Shown in pieces: positions 48,899 to 57,804 of a stretch of 64,000 nt of DNA. The DNA lies in the NCBI GenBank assembly GCA_043739185.1, contig JAYUEN010000387.1:1-64000 (forward strand), read 5' to 3'. The translations under genes were made by a program, and so were the position numbers. The stretch's first letter is position 1. Every line of letters starts with the position of its first letter. The DNA comes from Bdellovibrionales bacterium. Its GTDB lineage: Bacteria; Bdellovibrionota; Bdellovibrionia; Bdellovibrionales; JAMPXM01. The notes beneath the pieces were generated by a model. It was not told the DNA's origin. It was given only the letters and a program-made list of their open reading frames with translations, and did not search any database.

Positions 48899-48955
48899 TT
48901 CTCTTTATACGAGACTTTTACGAATACGAGCAATCAAAAAGCTCTTAGGGACTGG

Positions 48956-49459
48956 CTAATTAACGATGGTAATAGTACTCGTCATCGCATTGTGAAATCC
49001 ACAATTGTAGAAGAGGGTATTCGGAGCATTGGCGGGCACGATAAAGGTGAGAGCTCCGCTCATAACGCCATTGCCGGTAACCCCATTGGTATAGGCATTG
49101 GTAGTGTCTGAGCCCTGTACACTCATTATATAAAATGGATGTCCATTTGCCGTAACATTAAACACATAGGTTTTTCCTCTTTGCAGGGTAAGAGGCATAT
49201 TGGCAACACCATTAACTAAATATGCAGTGGCCCCGCTATTCACCACCGTAAAACTAGCTGTCGCCATTGGCGTAGGCGTTGGAGTTGCCGGCGGGGCAGT
49301 TGGGGCAGCTGTTGGCGCAGCTGTCGGGGCAGCCGTTGGATAGGGATTATTTGCTGAAGAGGCACTTGAAGTTGGCGTGACATTGCTCAGAGGTTTAAAG
49401 CCGCTATCGCCACAGCCGATCATAAGAAATAAACAAAATAGCACTAAGAGTTTATTCAT
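48956..49459 (-). CDS. Cupredoxin-like (type-1 Cu) lipoprotein with Pro/Thr/Ala linker
   Basis: MIGC lipobox, (PTAA)n linker, GHPFYI and YNCGFHNAM (H...C-x2-H-x2-M); RBS GGGGAG. Confidence 0.75.
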   Translation of the reverse strand: MNKLLVLFCLFLMIGCGDSGFKPLSNVTPTSSASSANNPYPTAAPTAAPTAAPTAPPATPTPTPMATASFTVVNSGATAYLVNGVANMPLTLQRGKTYVFNVTANGHPFYIMSVQGSDTTNAYTNGVTGNGVMSGALTFIVPANAPNTLFYNCGFHNAMTSTITIVN

Positions 49460-49544
49460 TTCATCTCCCCGTTTTAATAGGCTAGGTGGATTATTCAATT
49501 TTGTAAAGACAACTAAGCAAGTGCCCAGTCAATCGTCGATTAAA

Positions 49545-49557
49545 TCTCAAAATGAGA
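49545..49557. promoter_or_regulatory. Palindrome TCTCA-AAA-TGAGA
   Basis: Identical to 30557-30569. Confidence 0.45.
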
Positions 49558-49609
49558 CAGTCTTGCTCTATAACTAGTTGTTGGGCTCAATCTTTTATTT
49601 GATTTCTTT

Positions 49610-49694
49610 AGGATTCAAATCAGTTTAAACGGCAGCAGCGGCTGTCAACCGAATTACTGTTTCAGTTTCAGTCTCAGTCTTTAGTGGGTCAGCT
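49610..49694 (+). repeat. Dispersed intergenic element, copy 4
   Basis: AGGATTCAAATCAGTTTAAACGGCAGCAGCGGCTGTCAACCG...CTGTTTCAGT...AGTGGGTCAGCT; abuts the stop codon at 49693. Confidence 0.88.
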
Positions 49695-50460
49695 AATTGG
49701 TGATTGTAATGGTTCCGGTCATTGAGGAGTGAACGGAGCAATCATAGTAAAGAGTATTGGGCGCACCTGCAGGCACAACAAACGTAAGAGTTCCGCTTTG
49801 TGTGCCATTACCGGTAACCCCACTGTTATAGGCGTTTGCGGTATTGGTGCCCTGTACACTCATAATGTAAAACGGGTGACCGCTGGCAGTAATACTAAAG
49901 GTATAGGTTTGGCCTCTTTGAAGAGTGAGTGCTGCATTTGCACTTCCGTTCATAAGATAGCTTGAGGCTCCACTATTGACCACGGTGAAGCTCGTAGTTC
50001 CGGCGGCGGGTGATGCAGGAGTCGGCGTGCCGGAATCACTTGCGCAGCCAAAATTTGCAAATAAAAAAATAATTGCCAACAACTTTTGAAGCTTGGGTAA
50101 AATTTTGGCCCATGCTTCGGGTTTAAAACCGACCAAGCCAAAGTCTTCTCCAAGCAAAAATGGCCGCTTTACTAATTTGCCATTTTCTGAAAGTAGGTTG
50201 AGAGCTTTGGAATCTGAAAGTCCTGCTTTGAACTGCTCCGCTATTTTTAGCTCTCGGTACTGAATTCCTGATGTATTAAATAGATCTTTAATTGTGCCGC
50301 CTCGGGCCTTTAAATGTTCGAGCATGGATTTGAGCTCAGTCGTACTGGGTGGTGTTTCGACTATTGCGATGCGCTCAAAACTTAAGTTTTTCTCGGTCAA
50401 AAACTTGATGGCTTTTTGGCAGGTGCTACACTTTTTATATTCGAAAATTTTTGTTTTCAT
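49693..50460 (-). CDS. ArsC/Spx (YffB-like) domain fused in frame to TM/lipobox and a cupredoxin-like domain
   Basis: CSTCQKA, FNTSG..YR, LVKRP, VGF; then LLAIIFLFANFGC; then GHPFYI...YDCSVHSSM, paralogous to 48956..49459. Confidence 0.8.
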   Translation of the reverse strand: MKTKIFEYKKCSTCQKAIKFLTEKNLSFERIAIVETPPSTTELKSMLEHLKARGGTIKDLFNTSGIQYRELKIAEQFKAGLSDSKALNLLSENGKLVKRPFLLGEDFGLVGFKPEAWAKILPKLQKLLAIIFLFANFGCASDSGTPTPASPAAGTTSFTVVNSGASSYLMNGSANAALTLQRGQTYTFSITASGHPFYIMSVQGTNTANAYNSGVTGNGTQSGTLTFVVPAGAPNTLYYDCSVHSSMTGTITITN

Positions 50461-50525
50461 GTGGACATTTGCTACCAGACTATGTTTTCTGTCAAACCGA
50501 TTCCGAATCAAAAGGAGAAATTCGA

Positions 50526-50918
50526 ATGAAGTACCTACATACGATGATACGCGTAAAGAATTTGGATTCTTCGATCCGCTTTTACCAAGATGTTTTGGGC
50601 ATGAATTTAATTTCAAAAGATGATTATCCAGAGGGAAAATTCACTCTTGCTTTTTTAAGTTACGGAAACACCAAGAGTGATCCCTGCATTGAACTTACCT
50701 TTAATTGGGGGCGAGAAAGCTATGAACTCGGAGATGCCTTTGGCCATATTGCGTTTTCGACAAATGATATTTATAAAACCTGTGAGCAGGTCAAGGCATT
50801 AGGTGGGAAGATAGCAAGAGAGCCTGGCCCGATGAAGCACGGCACAACTATCATCGCCTTTTTAGAAGACCCGAATGGATATAAAATCGAGCTCATTCAG
50901 AGTAAGACTCATCTCTAA
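50526..50918 (+). CDS. gloA: Lactoylglutathione lyase (glyoxalase I)
   Basis: HTMIRV, IELTFNW, FGHIAF, REPGP.K.G, DPNGYKIELI; RBS AGGAG. Confidence 0.95.
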   Translation: MKYLHTMIRVKNLDSSIRFYQDVLGMNLISKDDYPEGKFTLAFLSYGNTKSDPCIELTFNWGRESYELGDAFGHIAFSTNDIYKTCEQVKALGGKIAREPGPMKHGTTIIAFLEDPNGYKIELIQSKTHL

Positions 50919-50988
50919 TTTTTTCATGGGGCAAAATTCTTAAGATTGCCGCCAAGCTGCCACTAAATATGAAATTTTTTAAAAGAAG

Positions 50989-51016
50989 AGCGCAAACATA
51001 TATTTTAGTTTGCGCT
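50989..51016. terminator. Hairpin between convergent genes
   Basis: AGCGCAAAC / GTTTGCGCT stem. Confidence 0.55.
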
Positions 51017-51023
51017 ATTGATA

Positions 51024-51815
51024 TTACTTAGAGGTCTTTTGATAAGTCGAGCGAGTCGAATTGCCAGTATTAGGAAAGAGATCATTGATATAATCTTTTT
51101 TAATATTTGGAGCGACAACACCTGGTTTGCACTGTTTCACAACTTCACACATTGCTGAAGAGTTTAACAGACTTCCGATTTTATCTTTTAAATAAGCTCC
51201 TACAAGCGATTTATCATAAGCCATTGAAAGTCTCTGGAGGGCGAGATCGGTTTGATCAACCTTACTACTAAACTCTTGAAAGCTCGTGCGCACATCCATT
51301 TTCCTAAGATTTTTATCCATAGTATCAATCAGATCAGCAAGTGCGGCTGCTTCTTTCTTTTTGTCAGCAGCATTTGCATTGACCGCAGCTTGATAGGCGG
51401 TTTTTTTATTCGCAAAATCATTGATCGCAGCAGTTCGTGATCCCGCAATAGAATTTACGGTGCCGCCCATTGCGACTCGTTCAGCTTTGATTCTATTGAG
51501 TTCGGCAGTTTGCGTGGCAACCGCGGCCCGCAATCCCGGACCATCCGTGCCGCCTGTGCCCTGTCCCCAATTGAAAGGGCCAAAACCTCCAGCTGCTTTT
51601 TCGAGCGCAGCTTGGGCATCATCAACCTTACTTTGCTGCGCCAAAACAGATCTATTTAATTCATCAAGCGAAGTATTTGCTGCCAAGAGTCTTGTGGTCA
51701 TATCAGCTAAAGAGGTTTCAAGATCTTTTTGATTTGGTTGGGCAGGTACGGGAACTTGAGCTGCTATTGAGCCCAGTGAAAAAAGACATAAGAGTGCGAT
51801 TGTTAAAAGTTTCAT
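51024..51815 (-). CDS. Exported coiled-coil hypothetical protein
   Basis: Signal peptide, heptad-like Ala/Lys-rich helices, RBS GGAGG. Confidence 0.7.
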   Translation of the reverse strand: MKLLTIALLCLFSLGSIAAQVPVPAQPNQKDLETSLADMTTRLLAANTSLDELNRSVLAQQSKVDDAQAALEKAAGGFGPFNWGQGTGGTDGPGLRAAVATQTAELNRIKAERVAMGGTVNSIAGSRTAAINDFANKKTAYQAAVNANAADKKKEAAALADLIDTMDKNLRKMDVRTSFQEFSSKVDQTDLALQRLSMAYDKSLVGAYLKDKIGSLLNSSAMCEVVKQCKPGVVAPNIKKDYINDLFPNTGNSTRSTYQKTSK

Positions 51816-51983
51816 AAATATCCTCCAGATAATCTAATCTTAAAAAACGACCTAAGTTATGACAAGTCCAGATGGCTAGAGTGAACCAAACGAGACTATA
51901 TCTAGTCCTTGTTTCAAAAATGTTTCGTTTGTAATAGGGAATAGGCACGATCTCTTTTTTTTTGGTGGTCCAGCTTCTACAGA

Positions 51984-52062
51984 AGATTTTAAATCAGTTT
52001 GAAGGGCAGCCGCGGCGGTATACAGTCTCACTGTTTCGGTCTCGGGTTTCAGGGTAAAGGGT
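51984..52062 (+). repeat. Dispersed intergenic element, copy 5
   Basis: AGATTTTAAATCAGTTTGAAGGGCAGCCGCGGCGGTATACAG...CTGTTTCGGT; abuts the stop at 52063. Confidence 0.75.
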
Positions 52063-52662
52063 TCACTCCAAAGTATTCTGTCCGCCATCATCTAATTTTT
52101 TTGGAGCCTTCCAATAATTATATTGAGGAGTCCAGTCTTCGGCTCCTAGTCCAGCTAGACTGAGGATATGCCATTGGGAGCAAAAAAGATCGCCAGGACC
52201 GAATTTAGAAGAGTTCTTCTTATAAATTTCGCCGCCTTTTCTGGTATAGCAAACAATACCAGGCATATTCGACTCACCCGGAATCACGGATTGCTCTCTA
52301 ATATAGTCGCCGCCACCGTGAGAAACCATTTGAAAGCGCCAGCCTCTTGAATTTGCGAATTGTTTTTGCGTAAGCGGGGAGTCCTTTGACATCATAACCA
52401 CTGAAAACTGATTTTCAAGATGTGGCAAAAAGCCATTTAAGCCATCTCCCCAAAGTGTGCAATAGCGACAGCCCTGGCCCATATTATGAATGGCAAAAAG
52501 AATGTCTTTGCCAGCGAATAAATCGAGCAAGCTCAGCCTGCCGTTTTGACTAGTGAACTCATAGTTTTTTATCGGGCTCGGTTTATTATCTTTTCTTAAT
52601 TTTTCAAGCTTTTGAGTCAATTCATAAATTTCTTTTTCAGTCTTTTGAATTTCGTCTGTCAT
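52063..52662 (-). CDS. DUF899 family thioredoxin-like protein
   Basis: Y.F....G..SL.DLF.GK, HNMG.GC.YCT.W.DG, RGW.F. Confidence 0.8.
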   Translation of the reverse strand: MTDEIQKTEKEIYELTQKLEKLRKDNKPSPIKNYEFTSQNGRLSLLDLFAGKDILFAIHNMGQGCRYCTLWGDGLNGFLPHLENQFSVVMMSKDSPLTQKQFANSRGWRFQMVSHGGGDYIREQSVIPGESNMPGIVCYTRKGGEIYKKNSSKFGPGDLFCSQWHILSLAGLGAEDWTPQYNYWKAPKKLDDGGQNTLE

Positions 52663-52681
52663 GATTTTCTCCTGGTTCAAA

Positions 52682-53266
52682 TTACATTGATTCAAATTCT
52701 TTATTCGTTTGCTTTGACATATCAGGAGAATTCTTTGGTTCGCCCAGGGCGGCGCCGGGACGCGACCAAAGATCTTGACCTGCGGCGACTGAGCGCTTGA
52801 TATTCTCTGAACTCAATTCAACTGTGCCTTCGCAAACGCAAAGATAGGTGGCGCCTTCGCGATCTTCAAGTAAAAATTTTGTACCGCGAACGCCTGCGAC
52901 TGCAGTTCTCGTTTTAAATTTATAGTTTTTAACATCCGGCTTTTTTAAAAAATGAATAAAACTTTGGCCCTTGAGGAGAGTGAGGCTTTTTGCAAAAAGT
53001 TTTCCTTCGCCTTCAATAACGAGTTGTCCACCGGATTTTAAGCGAAGTTTGTGACCATCGGGATAGAGTAAATCAATTTGCGCTTTCGGATCATCTGCGA
53101 CTTTGATGAGACCGGCTCGGGAAATTTGATCTCCTGCTTTCAGGATTTGGCTTCCAAATTGGATCTCTCCGGTTAACTTAGTTACCTTTAAATTCATTTG
53201 TCCTGCAAAACTAAGTGGCGTTGCTAAAAATAAAAATCCCATTAAAAAAAACTTTACAATAATCAT
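52682..53266 (-). CDS. Exported FecR-domain protein
   Basis: Signal peptide; TRTAVAGVRGTKF, CVCEG.V. Confidence 0.8.
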   Translation of the reverse strand: MIIVKFFLMGFLFLATPLSFAGQMNLKVTKLTGEIQFGSQILKAGDQISRAGLIKVADDPKAQIDLLYPDGHKLRLKSGGQLVIEGEGKLFAKSLTLLKGQSFIHFLKKPDVKNYKFKTRTAVAGVRGTKFLLEDREGATYLCVCEGTVELSSENIKRSVAAGQDLWSRPGAALGEPKNSPDMSKQTNKEFESM

Positions 53267-53491
53267 TATGTTTCCGCCTTATGTCGTATTGTGGAGGAGA
53301 AGAAGTCTAAATGTCAAAATGTGCGTAGCGCGCTAGGGCAATATTAAATTGGATTCAAATCTTTATTAATAAGGCCGCTAGTTTTTTATTTTTATCTTCA
53401 GACAAAAAGCCTTTAAGCAAAGTAAATTTTTACCCCTCGCATTCACTGAAAATATTTTTTAGGTTTTGTCGTCCTTTTTGCCATAAGGAGC

Positions 53492-54028
53492 TCAGCGGTG
53501 CCGAGTGATCTCACCTTGAATCGATTCGTCATTTATTTGAATGCTGAACGTAGAATCTTGAAACAGTATTCCCCAGTTATTGTTTCGCTGAAGATTTTCC
53601 GAAAGAATTTTTAAAAAATCATTCTGAAAGGAAAAAACTTCGATCTTATCAAACTGAAATATATCTGAAGACTTCATTTCTTCAAACCAAAGCTTTGGAT
53701 CTTTATAGGTATAAACTTTAACTTTCTGAGCGGCCTTTGAGGCGCTGTGCAATCTTTTGGCGCTGGGGTTTCCGATTTCAATCCAAAGTAAGAGCCCGCC
53801 CCGTGGGTCCTTGATAAACAAAGGAGCTTGATCCGGATCACCCAAACCTTGAGCTGAAAACTCAAGAGCGGACTCAAAATTCAAAAGAAAAGCAATGGCT
53901 CGAGTCATTAAAAAAAGTAAAGACTCTGATGGATGCATTGCCAGTCGAAAATCAATACTTTCATAAAGACCACGATCAATATCAGAAAAATCAATTTTAA
54001 ATCTATAGAGTGTTGACGGCCGCGCCAT
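53492..54028 (-). CDS. yaeQ: YaeQ family protein
   Basis: D.DRG.Y, A.HPSE, WIEIG.P...RL..A.K. Confidence 0.88.
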   Translation of the reverse strand: MARPSTLYRFKIDFSDIDRGLYESIDFRLAMHPSESLLFLMTRAIAFLLNFESALEFSAQGLGDPDQAPLFIKDPRGGLLLWIEIGNPSAKRLHSASKAAQKVKVYTYKDPKLWFEEMKSSDIFQFDKIEVFSFQNDFLKILSENLQRNNNWGILFQDSTFSIQINDESIQGEITRHR

Positions 54029-54291
54029 CTAAAGAGCTTAAGCTCAAAATTTCTAATGGGCAAGGGGGCTTAAGTGCCTTGAGCGCTACTTATCCGACAT
54101 TGGCACCGTGCTTTTGCATAGTTCAGTACTTATTGGGCTCGTAAAACCTTTAAAGAGTAAACAAGAGGTGTGTATGAAAAAGCTATTTACAATTTTTGGC
54201 AATATCACCCTTATTCTGTCAGGATTTTAGACAGCATTTGCACCCGAAAAATATTTGAGAATGGGTGGCCTTGATGGGCAATCGATTGAGA

Positions 54292-56589
54292 ATGTATTTA
54301 AATTTTAAACTTTTTGCACTTCGTCTTCTGATCGGAGTTTTTTGTATGCTTTTCAAAAGTATGGCCTTTGCGACCATAACAATTCACGAAATTAAAGCCA
54401 ATGAAGATATACAAACTTATTTAAATAGAACTGCGGGTAACGTTGATGCCACTTCCTTTCGCCAAATCTTAGGCGCTGCTTCAGATTTTAAAGAAGGCGA
54501 TGAGAGTATTGGTCTGAGTGCTCATGATGAGGTTTCGCGCCAAAGAGCAAGACAGTTGCTCGCAAACACGAAGGTCCTTGCATTAGTTGAAAGTTCATAC
54601 CTCGGCTCAGATTCGCAAGAGCAAATGATTCGCTCTTCAATAGACACCCCAATTTATAAATCGTTGCGGGATAAAAGCGTAGGCGAACTCAAAAGCTTTT
54701 TGCTGGGGGCTTCTGAGTTCGAGATCAAGAAAATCATGCCGGGACTTCACAGTGATGTAATTGCAGCGCTTGTAAAACTTATGTCAAATGAAGAGCTCAT
54801 ACAAATTGGACAGAAAGTTTTCAATCCATTGCCAAATAGTTCGATCGGAAAAAAAGGATATTTAAGTGCACGGCTTCAACCCAACTCCTCGACCGATCAT
54901 CCTGGTGACATTCGCTGGCAGGTTTTCAATGGCTGGGCATTTGGCGTTGGGGACCTCATGTTGGGAAGCAATCCGGCTTCAAGTACCCCTGAAATTGTTC
55001 ATCGGACGGAATTGCTTTTAAAAGACCTCGTCGAAAGCTTTGGCCTACGAGACGTACTTCCTTGGACAGTGCTTTCACATATAGATATTCAAAATACTGT
55101 TGAGCAAAAAGATCCGGGCAGTACGCGATTGTGGTTTCAAAGTATTGCTGGGAACGATGAGACCAATGCTGTTTTTGGAACTTCAGCCGCCAGCTTGATG
55201 GAGTATGCAAGAAAGCGAAAGGGCCAAAATTTTGGTTTGTACCTCGAGGCAGGACAAGGATCGGAAGTTACCAACGGGCACAGCAATGGACTTGATATGG
55301 GCACTCTCGAATCACGAAAGTACGGCTTGGCGCGGGCTTTAAAACACGCCCAAGGTGGAGAAAAATCTTGGATGGTAGTTAACGACGTCGCAGGATTTAT
55401 CGGGCCTGAAGTCTTTCGTAGCAAAGAGCAGCTGGTTCGAGTGGCGCTCGAAGATACGGTAATGGGAAAATTGCATGGCCTGACAATGGGGCTAGATATT
55501 TGCTCGACCTTTCATATGCCAATTACTCCAAAGGATTTACGCTGGGCAATTGATCACATCATGCCGGCCAATCCGGCCTATTTGATGGCGTTGCCAACGC
55601 ACAATGATCCCATGCTGAGTTACAACACGACGCCCTTTCAAGAGCATTTAAGAATTCGCCAGAAGTTTAAATACAAATATGATGAAAGAATGAAAGCGTT
55701 TTTTATTAGATTGGGAATAATCGATATTGGCGGAGAGCCAACGGAGCACTTTGGTGATCCAATTTGGGTTTACTATCAATATCAAAAAACTCGTGGTGTA
55801 ACTCAGAGTTATTCTGAATTTAAAAAACGGGCAGAAATTGAAATGCAAGAAGTGCAAAGACGTGGAGTGGCTTTATCGATTGGCTTTGGCAAAAATGTTT
55901 GGGATTTTAATGCAGACCTTGATCGTTCACTTGAAGCTTTAGATGCAGCTGCCAGAGCCAGCATTCATGCCCCGTTAAATGCTGATTTCTTAACGAAATA
56001 CTTTCCGAACTCCTTGCAATTGAATACTCAATCTGAAAATCGCGATCAATATTTGTCGAAGCCAATTTCGGGTGAGACTTTGTCCGAATTTTCGAAGGCG
56101 CAACTCTTGAAATTAAATATCGGATCAAGTGATGTCATTCTGGTCATTTCGGATGGACTCAATTCAGATTCACTGATGGATGCAGGACATTTAGAGCCCT
56201 ATCTCCAAGAGTTGAAATTGCAATTGCAGAATCGCGGGCTCAAAATTCATCCTGATCCGATAATTGTTCACAATGCCAGAGTGCGAGTTTCCTATCGCAT
56301 TGGTGAAGAACTATTTGCTCATTTCACTCAGACGGATCAAATCAAGTCTGTGATCAATATTGTCGGGGAGCGTCCCGGTAACGGGCACAATACTTATTCG
56401 GCATATCTTGCAACGGCAAGCGTGAGTGCATGGAAAGAAAAAAATCATGACCATGATCGCACCGAACTCGTATCTGGAATTTCAGATACATCTCTTGAGC
56501 CAAGACAAGCGGCTCAAGACAGTGTCGAGAAGATATTACTCAAAACTCAATTCATTCTCGGTAAGCAATGCATCGCTTTGTTCAACTGA
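54292..56589 (+). CDS. eutB: Ethanolamine ammonia-lyase EutB-EutC fusion with signal-like N-terminus
   Basis: RLQPN, GD..LG.NP, FQSIAG, E.GQGS, N.V.GFIGPE, LED..MGKL.G..MG.D.C.T (EutB); ISDGL, RV, VGERPG (EutC); leader ending AFA; C-terminal CIALFN. Confidence 0.85.
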   Translation: MYLNFKLFALRLLIGVFCMLFKSMAFATITIHEIKANEDIQTYLNRTAGNVDATSFRQILGAASDFKEGDESIGLSAHDEVSRQRARQLLANTKVLALVESSYLGSDSQEQMIRSSIDTPIYKSLRDKSVGELKSFLLGASEFEIKKIMPGLHSDVIAALVKLMSNEELIQIGQKVFNPLPNSSIGKKGYLSARLQPNSSTDHPGDIRWQVFNGWAFGVGDLMLGSNPASSTPEIVHRTELLLKDLVESFGLRDVLPWTVLSHIDIQNTVEQKDPGSTRLWFQSIAGNDETNAVFGTSAASLMEYARKRKGQNFGLYLEAGQGSEVTNGHSNGLDMGTLESRKYGLARALKHAQGGEKSWMVVNDVAGFIGPEVFRSKEQLVRVALEDTVMGKLHGLTMGLDICSTFHMPITPKDLRWAIDHIMPANPAYLMALPTHNDPMLSYNTTPFQEHLRIRQKFKYKYDERMKAFFIRLGIIDIGGEPTEHFGDPIWVYYQYQKTRGVTQSYSEFKKRAEIEMQEVQRRGVALSIGFGKNVWDFNADLDRSLEALDAAARASIHAPLNADFLTKYFPNSLQLNTQSENRDQYLSKPISGETLSEFSKAQLLKLNIGSSDVILVISDGLNSDSLMDAGHLEPYLQELKLQLQNRGLKIHPDPIIVHNARVRVSYRIGEELFAHFTQTDQIKSVINIVGERPGNGHNTYSAYLATASVSAWKEKNHDHDRTELVSGISDTSLEPRQAAQDSVEKILLKTQFILGKQCIALFN

Positions 56590-57804
56590 TTTGGCTTCGG
56601 CTTCTTCAATGAAGTCGAGACTCTTACCAAAACTTTCGGACAAAATATAAATTGAAAACATGGCAATTGAATAGACGACGGCAGAAAGAATAAACGCAGA
56701 AGTTTGTGAGCCAAAATGTCCACGCAAAAATAAAAATGAAAAGTTCAGCGGGATAACGGCTGATCTGATTAGATTCGGCACTGAAGTCGCAGCTGTCGAT
56801 CGTAGATTTGTTCCAAATTGTTCGGCTGTTAAAGTAATCAAGACTGCCCAATAGCCACAAGTTAAGCCTAAGAAAAAGCAGGCGATATAAAAAAGTTTAG
56901 TATTGGTTCCGACGCCAAAAAGAAATGCCAACATCAAACAAATGCCGAAAGCGAGACTAATAAGGATAGCTCTTCTTCGACTTTTTAAGAACTGGCTCAG
57001 AAGGCCGCATAAAACATCACCCAAAGTCAGGCCTATCATGCCCCAAAGAAGAGATTGTCCAGCCGTCACTCCTACCAAACCCGCTTCTTTTGAAAGCTCA
57101 GGTGAAAAAGTAAAGAGAATCCCTGTCGTGAAGTAAACCGGAACCCCAGCGAGGACACACAGCGCGTAACGTTTCAAGCGAGACCCGGTAAATAGTAATT
57201 TAAGATCTCCACGATGAGTATTTTGTTTTGCCTTATTAAAAATGCTTGAATCTACCATGCTGAATCTTGCAAATAATAAAACTAATCCCATAAGGCCACC
57301 GATGATATAGGCGGTCTGCCAGTCGAGATATTGTCCTGAAAGTGAGGCCGCGACCGAACCCAATAAACCCAGGGCTGCAATCATGGTAGTCCCGTAGCCG
57401 CGAATTTCAGGAGCTAGGCTTTCACTGACGAGCGTAACCGCGGCACCAAGTTCACCAGCAAGGCCGACTCCGGCTAAAAATCTTAAGAGTGCATAGGTGG
57501 GAATATTAGTTGCAAAAGCATTTAGAAGATTTGCCACCGAATACAAGATTATAGAGCCAAACAAAACAGAGAGGCGGCCCTTTTTATCACCGAGTACTCC
57601 CCAAAGCAGACCTCCTAAAAGCATTCCCACCGCAAGCATATTTATGAGAAATACGCTTGTAGAAAGAATCTGCTCTGGCGAAGCATTGGGAAGAATAGCC
57701 TTGAGTGAGTTGATTCGCACCACGCCAAAAATGGTGAGATCAAACATATCTACGAAATACCCTAGGCCAGCTACTAGAACGGTTAAGTTAAAAGCTTTTT
57801 TCAT
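56536..57804 (-). CDS. MFS transporter
   Basis: LGYFVD.FD, GVLGDKKGR, RFLAG.GLAGELG, EQFGTNLRST; alternative start 57816. Confidence 0.9.
   Translation of the reverse strand: MKKAFNLTVLVAGLGYFVDMFDLTIFGVVRINSLKAILPNASPEQILSTSVFLINMLAVGMLLGGLLWGVLGDKKGRLSVLFGSIILYSVANLLNAFATNIPTYALLRFLAGVGLAGELGAAVTLVSESLAPEIRGYGTTMIAALGLLGSVAASLSGQYLDWQTAYIIGGLMGLVLLFARFSMVDSSIFNKAKQNTHRGDLKLLFTGSRLKRYALCVLAGVPVYFTTGILFTFSPELSKEAGLVGVTAGQSLLWGMIGLTLGDVLCGLLSQFLKSRRRAILISLAFGICLMLAFLFGVGTNTKLFYIACFFLGLTCGYWAVLITLTAEQFGTNLRSTAATSVPNLIRSAVIPLNFSFLFLRGHFGSQTSAFILSAVVYSIAMFSIYILSESFGKSLDFIEEAEAKSVEQSDALLTENELSFE

Noticed and set aside
50461..50616. N-terminal extension of the ArsC-fusion ORF (and the 50451 start for gloA)
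   Set aside because: The two extensions overlap head-to-head; family homology begins at 50460 and 50526.
124..52062. Dispersed element as a CRISPR or other tandem array
   Set aside because: Copies are kilobases apart and degenerate, with no regular spacers and no cas genes.
53351..53361. GGATTCAAATC as a sixth element copy
   Set aside because: Only 11 bp match the left end; the GC core is absent.
54101..54118. TGGCAC...TTGCA boxes at 54101 and 62179-62192 as sigma54 promoters
   Set aside because: GG-to-GC spacing is 12 and 8 rather than the required 10.
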